This document shows positions 19,091-28,537 of a stretch of 64,000 bases of DNA, in pieces; the stretch's first letter is position 1, and each line of letters opens with the position of its first letter. Position numbers and translations under genes: made by a program. The notes beneath the pieces are model-generated. The model searched no databases, was not told the DNA's origin, and saw only the letters and a list, made by a program, of their open reading frames with translations. Origin of the DNA: Aggregatilineales bacterium (GTDB lineage: Bacteria > Chloroflexota > Anaerolineae > Aggregatilineales > Phototrophicaceae); NCBI GenBank assembly GCA_044226855.1, contig JBGAGF010000013.1, positions 95,507-159,506 of the forward strand. The letters run 5' to 3'.

Positions 19091-20311
19091 TTATGCAGTT
19101 TTGAAGACGCGCCGCACCAGCGGTGGAGTAACAACGGTCGTCAGCAAGATGACGAGGAACAAACACGCAAACAGGGGATGATCCAGTGTTAGAATGCCGC
19201 TGCTTATGCCGAGTGAGGCGATGATTAACCCGACTTCCCCGCGTGACACCATGCATACGCCTAAGCGAAATGACTCCTGATTGTTGAAGCCGCCCAATTT
19301 TGCGCCGAGTCCACATCCGACGATTTTCGTGATGACCGCTAGCACAAGGATGATGAGTGCTAAGGGCAGGGCATCTAAAGGAAATTGGCTTAAATCCGTT
19401 TGCAAACCGACGCTCACAAAAAACACCGGAACGAGAAGAGCGTAGGCCAGCGCATTTGTAGCTTCCTCGACGGGATGCCTGACGTGATGGGTTGTCCGGC
19501 TGATGCCCACTCCCGCGATAAACGCACCGGTGATTGCCGCGACACCGCCGAAGGTTTGGGCTGCCCATCCGAACAGGAAGGCTAGCACCAACCCGACTGC
19601 GGCATTGCCATAGGCTTTGCCCAGATCGAAATAGCGGTTTAATAATTTCATCAAGAGCGGCACGCCGTACCATGCCAGTAGGAACGCGATGACCAGATAC
19701 AGACTCATACGCACAATAATTTGTACCAGATCACCTACCGCTACGCTGCCAGTGGTCGTGGTGATGGCTACTGTTAATGAGACTAGCAGGATCGCAATCA
19801 CATCGTCAATGAGTGCCGTTGCCAGCAGTGCGTTGCCTTCTTTGGTTTGCAGCAGCCCTAATTCCAGCAATACCTGTGCTGAGATGCTCACCGAAGTCGC
19901 TGCTAGTGTTACCCCGGCGAATAAAGCGGGCTGCCAGCTGTAGCCGAAGAGCATGATGACAGGCAGCACGATCACGACAGGAAGTAGCGCACCGGCTGTT
20001 CCGGCGATGCCTGCGACAACCCCCACTTTTTTTAGCTCATCAATATTGACTTCCATCCCGACTTTAAACATCAGAAGCATCACACCCAGTTCGGCCAATT
20101 CAATGATGGTTTCGTCAATGTGTGCGTCGGCCAGCCCCAGAGCTTGGGAATGCAGCATATTTAGAAGCGTCGGCCCCAATATGACGCCGATAATCAATTC
20201 GCCGAGTACGCGTGGTTGATCGAATTTCCGCGCGATTTCTCCCGCGATTCGGGCAGCAAATACAATAATGCCGAGTGCCAGCATAAGGGCAACCACTGGA
20301 TTATTCTGCAT
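19091..20311 (-). CDS. cation:proton antiporter (CPA2 family, Na+/H+ exchanger-like)
   Basis: 12-13 TM helices and an N-terminus typical of KefB/NapA-type transporters. Confidence 0.8.
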   Translation of the reverse strand: MQNNPVVALMLALGIIVFAARIAGEIARKFDQPRVLGELIIGVILGPTLLNMLHSQALGLADAHIDETIIELAELGVMLLMFKVGMEVNIDELKKVGVVAGIAGTAGALLPVVIVLPVIMLFGYSWQPALFAGVTLAATSVSISAQVLLELGLLQTKEGNALLATALIDDVIAILLVSLTVAITTTTGSVAVGDLVQIIVRMSLYLVIAFLLAWYGVPLLMKLLNRYFDLGKAYGNAAVGLVLAFLFGWAAQTFGGVAAITGAFIAGVGISRTTHHVRHPVEEATNALAYALLVPVFFVSVGLQTDLSQFPLDALPLALIILVLAVITKIVGCGLGAKLGGFNNQESFRLGVCMVSRGEVGLIIASLGISSGILTLDHPLFACLFLVILLTTVVTPPLVRRVFKTA

Positions 20312-20335
20312 ATTCTTTTGTCCTTACTTTAGTGC

Positions 20336-21142
20336 TTATGGCACGAGCATCATCACTTCGATGGCGCTGTCGGTCACCGCAATGCTCTTGAGCTTCTGCT
20401 GCGGGCCGATGCGTGCCTTTACAATCGTATCGAGCATATTAATCATCATCACGAACAGATCGCCGGTTGCGACGTCAATATAGCTTTGGGGTGTTGGCTG
20501 TTGATCGGTCTGAATGTCACTGATGGTGATGCTTGCTAGATCATTGACCAGTGTGACGGGGATCGTTACGGTGCCGCTGATCGGAGTGGCTCCGCTGGTT
20601 GTCATCTGCACCTTGATCGCGCCCGGAACGAAATCGACCACCGCGCTTTGAATGGTTTGCGTACTCAGCAGTTTAAGGTTGACCTCTTCTTGGAACTGCT
20701 CCTCGGTGATCGTGACGTCCGCCACTTGCTTGAAGTTGCTGGCGGGGGGCAGTGTGCCCGCTGGCGCAGCCGTAAAGGTGGCATAGCTTGGCCGTTCGAG
20801 AATAGCCTGCGTCGCCGTGCCAATGGCCGCTTGGGTTGGCTCGACGGTAGGGGTGGCTGTCATCGGGCGCGGGGTAACGGTTGCCGTGCTGGTAGGCTGT
20901 GGCGTATCGCTGGGCAAAATACCGGGCAAAGCCGCTTCTGTCACTTCAGCCGTTTGCTGAGCCGTTACTTCTGACGTGACTTCGGCTGTTTTGGCTTCAG
21001 TAGCTGTCGACTCGGCTGTGACTTCAGCCGTGCTTGAATTGGGCAACGCAGCGACCGTCGGCAAGACTTCAGTTGGATTAGTGCTCGGTTGGCAGGCCGC
21101 CAACATCAATATTAAGGTGAGTAGTGGGATGGTGAGCTTCAT
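20336..21142 (-). CDS. lipoprotein, hypothetical (Thr/Ala-rich)
   Basis: Lipobox LAAC after a signal peptide. Low-complexity T/A/E repeats follow. Confidence 0.5.
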   Translation of the reverse strand: MKLTIPLLTLILMLAACQPSTNPTEVLPTVAALPNSSTAEVTAESTATEAKTAEVTSEVTAQQTAEVTEAALPGILPSDTPQPTSTATVTPRPMTATPTVEPTQAAIGTATQAILERPSYATFTAAPAGTLPPASNFKQVADVTITEEQFQEEVNLKLLSTQTIQSAVVDFVPGAIKVQMTTSGATPISGTVTIPVTLVNDLASITISDIQTDQQPTPQSYIDVATGDLFVMMINMLDTIVKARIGPQQKLKSIAVTDSAIEVMMLVP

Positions 21143-21242
21143 GACTCATCTTTCTTTAAGTGCCGGATACGCGTTCATTCGGCTGAGACCTACCTAAAGA
21201 TAGCACAAGTTCGCACGTCCCTGCATAAAATCGCCGTAAAGG

Positions 21243-22490
21243 TCACCGCCAGTTCTCAATGGTATCTTTTAACTTCTGCATGAATGTGTCACCTGTTGCG
21301 CCATCGGCTACACGATGATCGAATGTCAGCGTCACATAGCAGCAGGGGCGGATCGCGATCATGTCGTTAATGACCTTGACGCGCTTTTCCATTACGCCGA
21401 CACCGAGGATTCCGGACTGTGGCTGGTTGATAATCGGCGTTGCGAATAGACTGCCGCTCACACCGTGATTGGTAATCGTGAATGTGCCGCCTTGCACCTC
21501 ATCACTTTTGAGTTGTTTGCCTCGCGCCCGTGCTGCTAGATCATTTACGGCTCGCGCCATGCCTATCAGGTTCAAATCGCCTGCGTTCTTAATGACCGGC
21601 ACAATCAAACCATCATCAATCGCCACGGCAATGCCGAGGTTCACTGTGCTGTGCAGGAAAATACCTTCGTCCGTCCACTGCGCATTTAGATAACGTTGGC
21701 TTTGCAGTGCTGCAACGGTGGCCACCGCCAGATAAGCGGTCAGCGTCAAATTGACTCCTTGCTTAGCAAAGGATTCTTTGTTCGCCTCTCGATGAGCCAT
21801 CACGGCGGACATATCGAACTCGAATACCGTCGTGACGTGAGGTGCAGTTTGCAGCTTGCTCCGCACCATATGCTCAGCGATGGTTCGCCGCATCGCGCTC
21901 AACGGCATCAATTCTCCCGCGCTCTGTGGCACGCTGGCTGGCGGACGGGGTTGCACAGGGATTACTTCAGCCATTTTCAGTTGTTTGTCTTCTGCTTGCA
22001 CGGCCTTGCTTGTAGGGAGGGCGTTAGAGGGTGGGGGCAGTGCCAGATAGGCTTCAACATCTTTCTTTGTGATACGACCATCACGTCCTGTGCCGGTAAT
22101 CTGTGATAAATCGAGATGATGTTCAGCCACCATTCGCGCAACGACCGGCGACACATAACCGGTATATTCCACCACATGTCCATTACTTACGGACGCTTGT
22201 TGTAGGGATATATGGTTATCGGTCCGCGTTTCGATACGGGCTTCTGTTTCCTTGGCCTCGCCGATCACCGCTAGGCACACGCCTGCCGTCACCAATTGTC
22301 CGACCGGAGTCATAATTTTCAGCACCACGCCGCTAATAGGCGCAGGAATTTCAGTGTCAATTTTGTCGCCGCTGACTTCGAGCAGCGGATCAAACTGTTC
22401 GACGTGCTCGCCTTCCCGCTTTAGCCACTTGCTAACAGTGCCTTCACTAACGCTGTCACCAAGCTGCGGCATAATCACTTCAGTTGGCAT
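21243..22490 (-). CDS. 2-oxoacid dehydrogenase complex E2 component (dihydrolipoamide acyltransferase)
   Basis: N-terminal lipoyl domain (EVIMPQLGDSVSEGTV...SGDK), linker, and catalytic domain ending in DHRVADGA. Confidence 0.85.
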   Translation of the reverse strand: MPTEVIMPQLGDSVSEGTVSKWLKREGEHVEQFDPLLEVSGDKIDTEIPAPISGVVLKIMTPVGQLVTAGVCLAVIGEAKETEARIETRTDNHISLQQASVSNGHVVEYTGYVSPVVARMVAEHHLDLSQITGTGRDGRITKKDVEAYLALPPPSNALPTSKAVQAEDKQLKMAEVIPVQPRPPASVPQSAGELMPLSAMRRTIAEHMVRSKLQTAPHVTTVFEFDMSAVMAHREANKESFAKQGVNLTLTAYLAVATVAALQSQRYLNAQWTDEGIFLHSTVNLGIAVAIDDGLIVPVIKNAGDLNLIGMARAVNDLAARARGKQLKSDEVQGGTFTITNHGVSGSLFATPIINQPQSGILGVGVMEKRVKVINDMIAIRPCCYVTLTFDHRVADGATGDTFMQKLKDTIENWR

Positions 22491-22663
22491 GTATCCTCAC
22501 CATAACATTATTTTTAATGAATGCTTGCTTCTACAACCTCTTTTTACAACATTTTTGGATACCTTGCACGGTCTATTAAGCATTGTCTCAGCGTAGCTAT
22601 CCCGTCCGGTACAAGATGAGTAAATCATTTAAGCTAGAGTCACAGACTACGAAAGGAAATGAA

Positions 22664-23578
22664 ATGAAGCTCATACAGATGGTGTTTTGTGCAGTGGTGC
22701 TGACGCTGCTGACACTTAGTTCCGCGATGGCCCAAGATGAGCCAGATTATCCGCTTGACTTTCCGGTGCCTGAACTTACAGATGCCCAACTGAAAGAGGC
22801 CCGAGCGTGTGATTTGCAGGCCAAAGCTGCATCCACAGTTTCTAAACCAACTGCCTGTCAACTGGCGCAGCGGGCATTAGCGCTTGCCAAAACCAGAGGC
22901 GACAACAGCAAGCCTGATGACAAAGAACTCGAATTAATCAAGCAGATCACTGCACTCAATCCCGCCTTACTCTTACGTCTCGATATGATCGTTCAATACT
23001 TTGGGGCGATACCCCTGATTGCACCACCTGACTTTGCGACTAAACCCATCACCAAGTTGACGCTCAAATACACCTTCAGCGGTCTAGGAGCCAGTGTGGA
23101 TTATGACATTACCATCGCCAACGCTGATAAATCACCAGTGGTGGCTGGAAAAATTAAGACGGATAGTTCATTTGAGTCAGACAATACCAAGCCAACCGCT
23201 ACGCCTGTGCCTTTGCCCAAAACCGTCGATGTGGGTGTCGTGCAAGCCTTTGGCTCTGCTCTGTCGGATTTTCTGCCCATCCAAACCCAATTTAGCAGCA
23301 CACCGTGTTGGGACTATTACCCCGACTGGACTATCGAGCTAACTTTTGCTGATAAAACGACGCTTACATTGGTCACCAAAGACTCTAACGTCGTTGGAGT
23401 CGGTGGGCCATGGCAAACCGAGATTGACGGCAAATTCTATATGCAGTATTCGGCATCCCTACAGGTGGCCATTGGAGATCTGTTCAAAGCCCTTGATCTC
23501 AAATTTGGTGAGACGGCTGCAATGGGCTGCGGCGGCATCAATGACCCGCTTGACGACGCGTATCCGCCACACACATAA
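22664..23578 (+). CDS. secreted hypothetical protein
   Basis: Start MKLIQMVFCAVVLTLLTLSSAMA (signal peptide). No recognisable domain. Confidence 0.5.
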   Translation: MKLIQMVFCAVVLTLLTLSSAMAQDEPDYPLDFPVPELTDAQLKEARACDLQAKAASTVSKPTACQLAQRALALAKTRGDNSKPDDKELELIKQITALNPALLLRLDMIVQYFGAIPLIAPPDFATKPITKLTLKYTFSGLGASVDYDITIANADKSPVVAGKIKTDSSFESDNTKPTATPVPLPKTVDVGVVQAFGSALSDFLPIQTQFSSTPCWDYYPDWTIELTFADKTTLTLVTKDSNVVGVGGPWQTEIDGKFYMQYSASLQVAIGDLFKALDLKFGETAAMGCGGINDPLDDAYPPHT

Positions 23579-23849
23579 GATTTGTCATTTGGGATACGAA
23601 GAATTTGAAGACGCTGAATCAGGGTTACGGGAGAATCTTCGCGAAATTCTTCAGATTCTGCATTTTCACTGTGCAGTTTGGCTTTTGGCAGTTATCGATT
23701 GGCTTTCGCTCCGGACAACGAGATGATATGTCGACGTTGGCATCTGTTTAGGCATGTTGGGCTGCTTCTACGACATCGGTTGAAATGGTTGATGTGTCAG
23801 AAACGTCGTCAATGTTAGTATTCCATCGATACCGCGTTGGAGGTGTGCT

Positions 23850-24090
23850 CATAAAGCAAAATTGGCAGCAATTTCGGCAAATCTGGCATGCCAATTGTGG
23901 AAATTTGCAGCGATTGATGGTTGTTACAATGCGCTTTGGAGAATCGACCGCCGGCAAACACCTAAGAACATCATAGCTTATTTGAGGAAAGTGTGGGTTA
24001 CCTTTTGGAAGACCATTTTGTAACTCATTTGCAGCTTGGACACAAACTTAACAGCCGAGGTTGTTAGGAACAGGGTATATGGACGGTTTC
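23850..24090 (-). repeat. dispersed non-coding repeat, copy C (core at 24005..24035, minus orientation)
   Basis: Reverse complement matches the 31-nt core with 2 mismatches. Flanks share ACTTTCCT, CCTAAC..AACCTCG and TAACAACC.TCAATCG.TGCAAAT blocks with copies A and B. Outer limits are uncertain. Confidence 0.6.
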
Positions 24091-24239
24091 AAAACGGTTT
24101 GCCGACAAACCAGAATTAAACTTATTGTCGATAATCGTATAGAAGGTCGAACAAAATGAGCCGAATATCCCTCTTGTCAGTTCATGGAATGTCCTTCACA
24201 CTACAAAGAGAGATTCACGTCATGGGATTGAGGTAAGTC

Positions 24240-24827
24240 ATGCAAAAACGACATCTTTTGTTGATTGTTCTGTGCACAGTGCTGCTGGCCGCTTGCAACA
24301 ATAACACGACTCCCCCTCCGACTTCGGCTGCGGCGGTACAGCAAACTGGACCACTTTCCGGTACGGTTTTTCCGCCAACGCAAATTATTCCAACACAAGG
24401 ACCGCGTGAGTATGCAGAAGGTACGCAAGAAGTCGTCCTTCCGCTCGCGGGTACGATCGTGCCCCCTGCTACAGAGGATCCTGCTTCGGGCCAACCATTT
24501 GACCTCGTTCAACTGGACCGGACTGGCGGCGTTGCTGGTAAAGAACTGGTGATCGAACTTTTAGCAGATGGTACAGTCACACGAGATGGTGTGAAAAGCA
24601 CGATTCCGGCTGACCAAGTGAAAGAAATCGCAGATGTACTCGACCAGATGGGTTTCTTTGGGATGCAAGGTGTATTCCAAGGAGTCGGGACTAGCCCCGA
24701 TGTGTACACTTACTACATCACCGTTGAGCGGGCAGGATCGAGCCGCACGGTCACAGCCCAAGATGGGTATATCCCACCCCAACTAGGGAATTTGCTGCAA
24801 CTGTTGTCAAACTTGGGGACGAAGTAA
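24240..24827 (+). CDS. lipoprotein, hypothetical
   Basis: Lipobox LLAAC after a signal peptide. Confidence 0.5.
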   Translation: MQKRHLLLIVLCTVLLAACNNNTTPPPTSAAAVQQTGPLSGTVFPPTQIIPTQGPREYAEGTQEVVLPLAGTIVPPATEDPASGQPFDLVQLDRTGGVAGKELVIELLADGTVTRDGVKSTIPADQVKEIADVLDQMGFFGMQGVFQGVGTSPDVYTYYITVERAGSSRTVTAQDGYIPPQLGNLLQLLSNLGTK

Positions 24828-24914
24828 GGCTGCCTGTAAGTCAGGAACTTCAATAAATATGAGGGCGAGGCTTAGGCTTCGCCCTTCGTTTATATACGCA
24901 TCAGACAAGCGGGT

Positions 24915-26084
24915 TTATTGCAGGGCTTGGACGTTGACAATGTAATTAGCCGGCTGTCCGCCCATCTCCGGCACGAGAATACGGAAGGTGGTCGTATCGG
25001 ATGGATTAAGTGCAGCACTCAGGTCAACAAACCCGGCAGCAATGACATTACCCGATGAACCGAAAACGGTTGCCACCACACGCGGTGAGAGAATAGGCTT
25101 TTGGCTGATATTGGTCACTGTACCGTCGATCACCATTGTGCCGTCGGCTTCAAACGACGATTGATCATCCCACTTCAATTCATCCTGTCCGTAAACAGCG
25201 CGATCCGTTTCGGGTTTCCAATCTGCGTTCCCCAACTGCAAATCAAAGGTCGTTGTCTGAGCAGGCTGACCTTGCCCGAAGCGCAGGCTAAACGGCGCAA
25301 ATCCACCGGGCGGCAAACTGTAGCCCATAACTGTATCGACCGCCTCTGCAATCGGCACTCCATCAGCTGTTTTGAGGATAGCACGAACAGGAATATCCGT
25401 AAGCTGGCTTATCCCTCGATTAGCCACTTCACCTGTAATGAAAAAGACATTCTTGGGTGTCGTCCACGAGGTGATATGTATAAATTCAACTGCGCTGGGG
25501 CTGGCATAGGCCAGCACTTTGGGATCAGCCACTTCGAGCTTGGCATCGAGGTTTACCGCAAAAGTGTTGATGATCTCCTGAAGCTGGGACATGCGTTTGG
25601 CGTCATTATTGATGAGAACATCAATGATGCTCAGAAATGTGCCGGACTGTTGAATGAACGTGTTTAGAGGCTGTGTCAATCCGCCGGAGAGATGCCGGAG
25701 ACCACTGATGCGCCAACTGCCGTCCCCCATCGCTTGACGGCTGATCTCGCTGTAGTAAGTGACATCCGGACGGATTTGCTGCTGGTAGCGGTCAAGTAAG
25801 GCGGCAAGCGTGCTGGAGTTCGACGGTTGGCCAGTATTCATGACGGCGAATTCGAGAGCCGGTTGATCTTCACCGGGCGGCGTAAAGGCCGATGCGGCGA
25901 CCACGGTTGTGTTTTGCTCATAGACCGACCAGTTACGAGGAACCGATACGCTAAAGACGCCTGCTGGTTGGGTATAAAGTAAGGCCGAAATATCGGCTGG
26001 TGGCGGCGGTGGGGCAAAGACGACTGCGCCTCCAGTACAACCAGCGAGGAACAAGAGACACAGCAGCATTAAACGACGATGCAC
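24915..26084 (-). CDS. lipoprotein, hypothetical
   Basis: Signal peptide with lipobox LAGCTGG. 389 aa. Confidence 0.5.
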   Translation of the reverse strand: MHRRLMLLCLLFLAGCTGGAVVFAPPPPPADISALLYTQPAGVFSVSVPRNWSVYEQNTTVVAASAFTPPGEDQPALEFAVMNTGQPSNSSTLAALLDRYQQQIRPDVTYYSEISRQAMGDGSWRISGLRHLSGGLTQPLNTFIQQSGTFLSIIDVLINNDAKRMSQLQEIINTFAVNLDAKLEVADPKVLAYASPSAVEFIHITSWTTPKNVFFITGEVANRGISQLTDIPVRAILKTADGVPIAEAVDTVMGYSLPPGGFAPFSLRFGQGQPAQTTTFDLQLGNADWKPETDRAVYGQDELKWDDQSSFEADGTMVIDGTVTNISQKPILSPRVVATVFGSSGNVIAAGFVDLSAALNPSDTTTFRILVPEMGGQPANYIVNVQALQ

Positions 26085-26241
26085 ATTGACTCCATAAGAT
26101 AGTTTCTGCGTTCAGCGGTTAAGCGTAATCCGTTTAAACTCTTCGTGCAACCGATTATAGGACTTAAGTCCTATTTGTGATATGCTGTGAGCGAATATGA
26201 TGAGGTGTGACAAGAAGTGTCACAGTACGAAAGCAGCATCC

Positions 26242-26583
26242 ATGTACACCAATAATGAGATCTTGTTTCCTCACCACGTTATCCCCACGCTCCGAAAATT
26301 ACGTGGTCCCAAATGGCAAGCACTGGTCGAGCGGATTGCCAAGCTCCCCGAAACACATGAAGAAACATTGGCTTTCATGATGATGATGATCCGTTTAGAC
26401 GGCTGTATGGCCTGTGAAACGGACAGCTACCGCGCTATGCGGGGCTGCGCGTCCTGCGCGTTACAAACGCTGCGGCGGTATAAAGGTGATGACGATGAAC
26501 TGCTAGGTGAATTCAGCAATGCCTTGGAAGAGGTGCGGAAGTTCGCTGAAAGCCATACCTTGTTGGGTATTGTCGGCAGTTGA
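26242..26583 (+). CDS. hypothetical Cys-rich small protein
   Basis: ORF 26197..26583. Start uncertain. Confidence 0.3.
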   Translation: MYTNNEILFPHHVIPTLRKLRGPKWQALVERIAKLPETHEETLAFMMMMIRLDGCMACETDSYRAMRGCASCALQTLRRYKGDDDELLGEFSNALEEVRKFAESHTLLGIVGS

Positions 26584-26694
26584 GCGGGGATTGGGAACAC
26601 ACCCCGCAGCTCCCCGGATTGAATGCATCAATAAGTTTCATTACAGACATTTAAAGAAATCTTCTACGCACTTATATTCTCTCCTAAGCCCGTA

Positions 26695-26723
26695 TTGACA
26701 CTGATATGGTCGTATGCTAGACT
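26695..26723 (+). promoter_or_regulatory. candidate sigma70-like promoter upstream of infC
   Basis: TTGACA, 17 nt, TAGACT. Confidence 0.3.
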
Positions 26724-26799
26724 TCGTCCACTCAATTGACAGTTGTTAGACAACTGAAATATCTGTTAGGCAACAGAAGGGTGTAAGGCTATCAGCGCC

Positions 26800-27315
26800 A
26801 TAAATTATCGCGTCAACGAACAGATACGTGCCCGAGAGGTTCGTCTGATTACAGACACGAACGAAAACATCGGTGTCGTGTCGGTACGGACTGCGCTTCA
26901 GATGGCAGAAGAAAAAGGCCTTGATTTGGTCGAGGTTTCGCCTAACGTCGAGCCGCCTGTTTGCCGGATTATGGACTTCGGCAAATTCCAGTACGAAAAG
27001 CGGCGGCGTGAGCGCGAAGCTAAAAAACTGCAAAAAGTTATTGAAGTCAAAGAGATTCAACTGCGGCCAAAAACCGACTCGCATCATCTGGGCTTCAAAG
27101 TGCGCGATGCACGCGAGTGGATCAAAGAAGGTATGAAGGTTCGTGTACGGGCGCGTTTCCGTGGTCGTGAACGAGATTATCCCGATATTGCCTTGCAGCG
27201 TATGTTACAGATTGCAGCAGATTTACAGGATGTCGCGGTGGTTGAACAGCAACCCCTGATGGAAGGCAATACCATGCTGATGGTATTGGCTCCGGCAGCC
27301 GACAAGAAAAAATAA
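26800..27315 (+). CDS. infC: translation initiation factor IF-3 (non-AUG start)
   Basis: The ORF track begins at internal Met 26878. The protein homology (INYRVNEQIRAREVRLI...) continues in frame upstream to ATA 26800 or ATC 26791, immediately after an in-frame TAG. The IF-3 C-terminal domain is conserved. Confidence 0.8.
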   Translation: MNYRVNEQIRAREVRLITDTNENIGVVSVRTALQMAEEKGLDLVEVSPNVEPPVCRIMDFGKFQYEKRRREREAKKLQKVIEVKEIQLRPKTDSHHLGFKVRDAREWIKEGMKVRVRARFRGRERDYPDIALQRMLQIAADLQDVAVVEQQPLMEGNTMLMVLAPAADKKK

Positions 27316-27331
27316 ACTCTGGAGCAAAATC

Positions 27332-27574
27332 GTGGGTAAGTTGAAGAAGTATAAGCAGAAGACTCATAAGGCAACCGCTAAGCGCTTCCGCGTGACGGGT
27401 ACCGGTAAGGTTGTTCATACGCCGCAGGGCAAGAGCCACTTCCGCCGCCGCCGTTCCGGACGTCATAACCGTTCGCTGGACAAACTGGTCGGGCTAGCCA
27501 ACTCAACCGTGGCACGCAAGATCAAGAAGTTAGCCCCCTACCTGAGCAAGTATCGCCAGAATCCGGGTCGCTAA
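27332..27574 (+). CDS. rpmI: 50S ribosomal protein L35
   Basis: GTG start after GGAG. KTHKATAKRFRVTGTGKV matches the L35 signature. Confidence 0.75.
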   Translation: MGKLKKYKQKTHKATAKRFRVTGTGKVVHTPQGKSHFRRRRSGRHNRSLDKLVGLANSTVARKIKKLAPYLSKYRQNPGR

Positions 27575-27646
27575 ACAACCTAAAGAAACCGATTTTTAGC
27601 AGCCCGGAATTACCATCCGGGTCTTTAATGTGCAGGAGTTCGTGAG

Positions 27647-28456
27647 ATGGCTAGAACAAAAACTGGTTTTGTGCGCCGCCGCTGGCACAAAAAACTACTC
27701 AAGTTAATGAAGGGACAGTGGGGTACGCGCCACCGTCTGCACCGCCGCGCTAATGAGGCGATGCTGAAGAGCTTCTTCTACGCATACCGTGATCGTCGTT
27801 CACGCAAGCGTGATCTGCGTAAGCTGTGGATTATCCGCATCAACGCAGCCGCCCGTTTGAACGGCATGAGCTACAGCAAGCTGATGTACGGCTTGAAGAA
27901 TGCTGGCGTGGAAGTGGACCGCAAGATGCTGGCCGATGTGGCTGTACGTGATCCGCAGACCTTCACTAAGATTGTTGCTCTGAGCCTGCAAAATCCGACT
28001 CCGCGCACGACTGCACCCGAAAAGAAATATGTGGTGATTACGACACCGAAGTCCGGACCACAGGTTCAAGCGGCTGTCGCTGCTGCCCCTGCTCCGCGCG
28101 CAACCAAGAAACAGGCTGCGCCAGTGGCTGAGGCTACCGCTCCGGTGGCAGAAGCGCCAAAGGCAACCCGCAAGAAGAAGACTGAGGGTGACGATCTGAC
28201 GACGCTTGAAGGTTTGGGGCCGAAGAGCGCCCAAGCGCTGATCGCCGCTGGTGTTACGACCTTCGCGCAAATTGCTGCACTGAGCCCTGAAGAATTGGAA
28301 GATATCGTCAAGGTTAAGGGCGGCGTGCGCGTCCTCGATGGACAGACCAAGACATGGCCGAAGCAAGCACAGTTCCTCGTGGACGGTGACGAAGCTGGCT
28401 TCAAGAAGTACACTGACCATCTGGTGGGTGGACGCGAACCGGACGACGCTCAATAA
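27647..28456 (+). CDS. rplT: 50S ribosomal protein L20 fused to a C-terminal Ala/Pro/Lys-rich linker and helix-hairpin-helix domain
   Basis: The first roughly 118 aa are canonical L20 ([16 protein letters not shown]...). A continuous ORF adds about 150 aa, including [31 protein letters not shown] (HhH). Confidence 0.8.
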   Translation: MARTKTGFVRRRWHKKLLKLMKGQWGTRHRLHRRANEAMLKSFFYAYRDRRSRKRDLRKLWIIRINAAARLNGMSYSKLMYGLKNAGVEVDRKMLADVAVRDPQTFTKIVALSLQNPTPRTTAPEKKYVVITTPKSGPQVQAAVAAAPAPRATKKQAAPVAEATAPVAEAPKATRKKKTEGDDLTTLEGLGPKSAQALIAAGVTTFAQIAALSPEELEDIVKVKGGVRVLDGQTKTWPKQAQFLVDGDEAGFKKYTDHLVGGREPDDAQ

Positions 28457-28483
28457 CAGCGTATCGGTTACCAAGACTATAAA

Positions 28484-28506
28484 AGGGGCGAATGCCCCTT
28501 TTTTGA
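28484..28506 (+). terminator. intrinsic terminator after rplT
   Basis: GGGGC-GAAT-GCCCC followed by TTTTTT. Confidence 0.7.
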
Positions 28507-28537
28507 TTCTAGGTGATTGGCCACAGGGTCATGCCTT

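Noticed and set aside
28000-28456. C-terminal Ala/Pro-rich part of rplT as a separate overlapping gene
   Set aside because: The ORF is continuous from the L20 start with no internal start or RBS. The alternative minus-strand ORFs here (27800..28474, 28066..28413) are GC-rich antisense artefacts.
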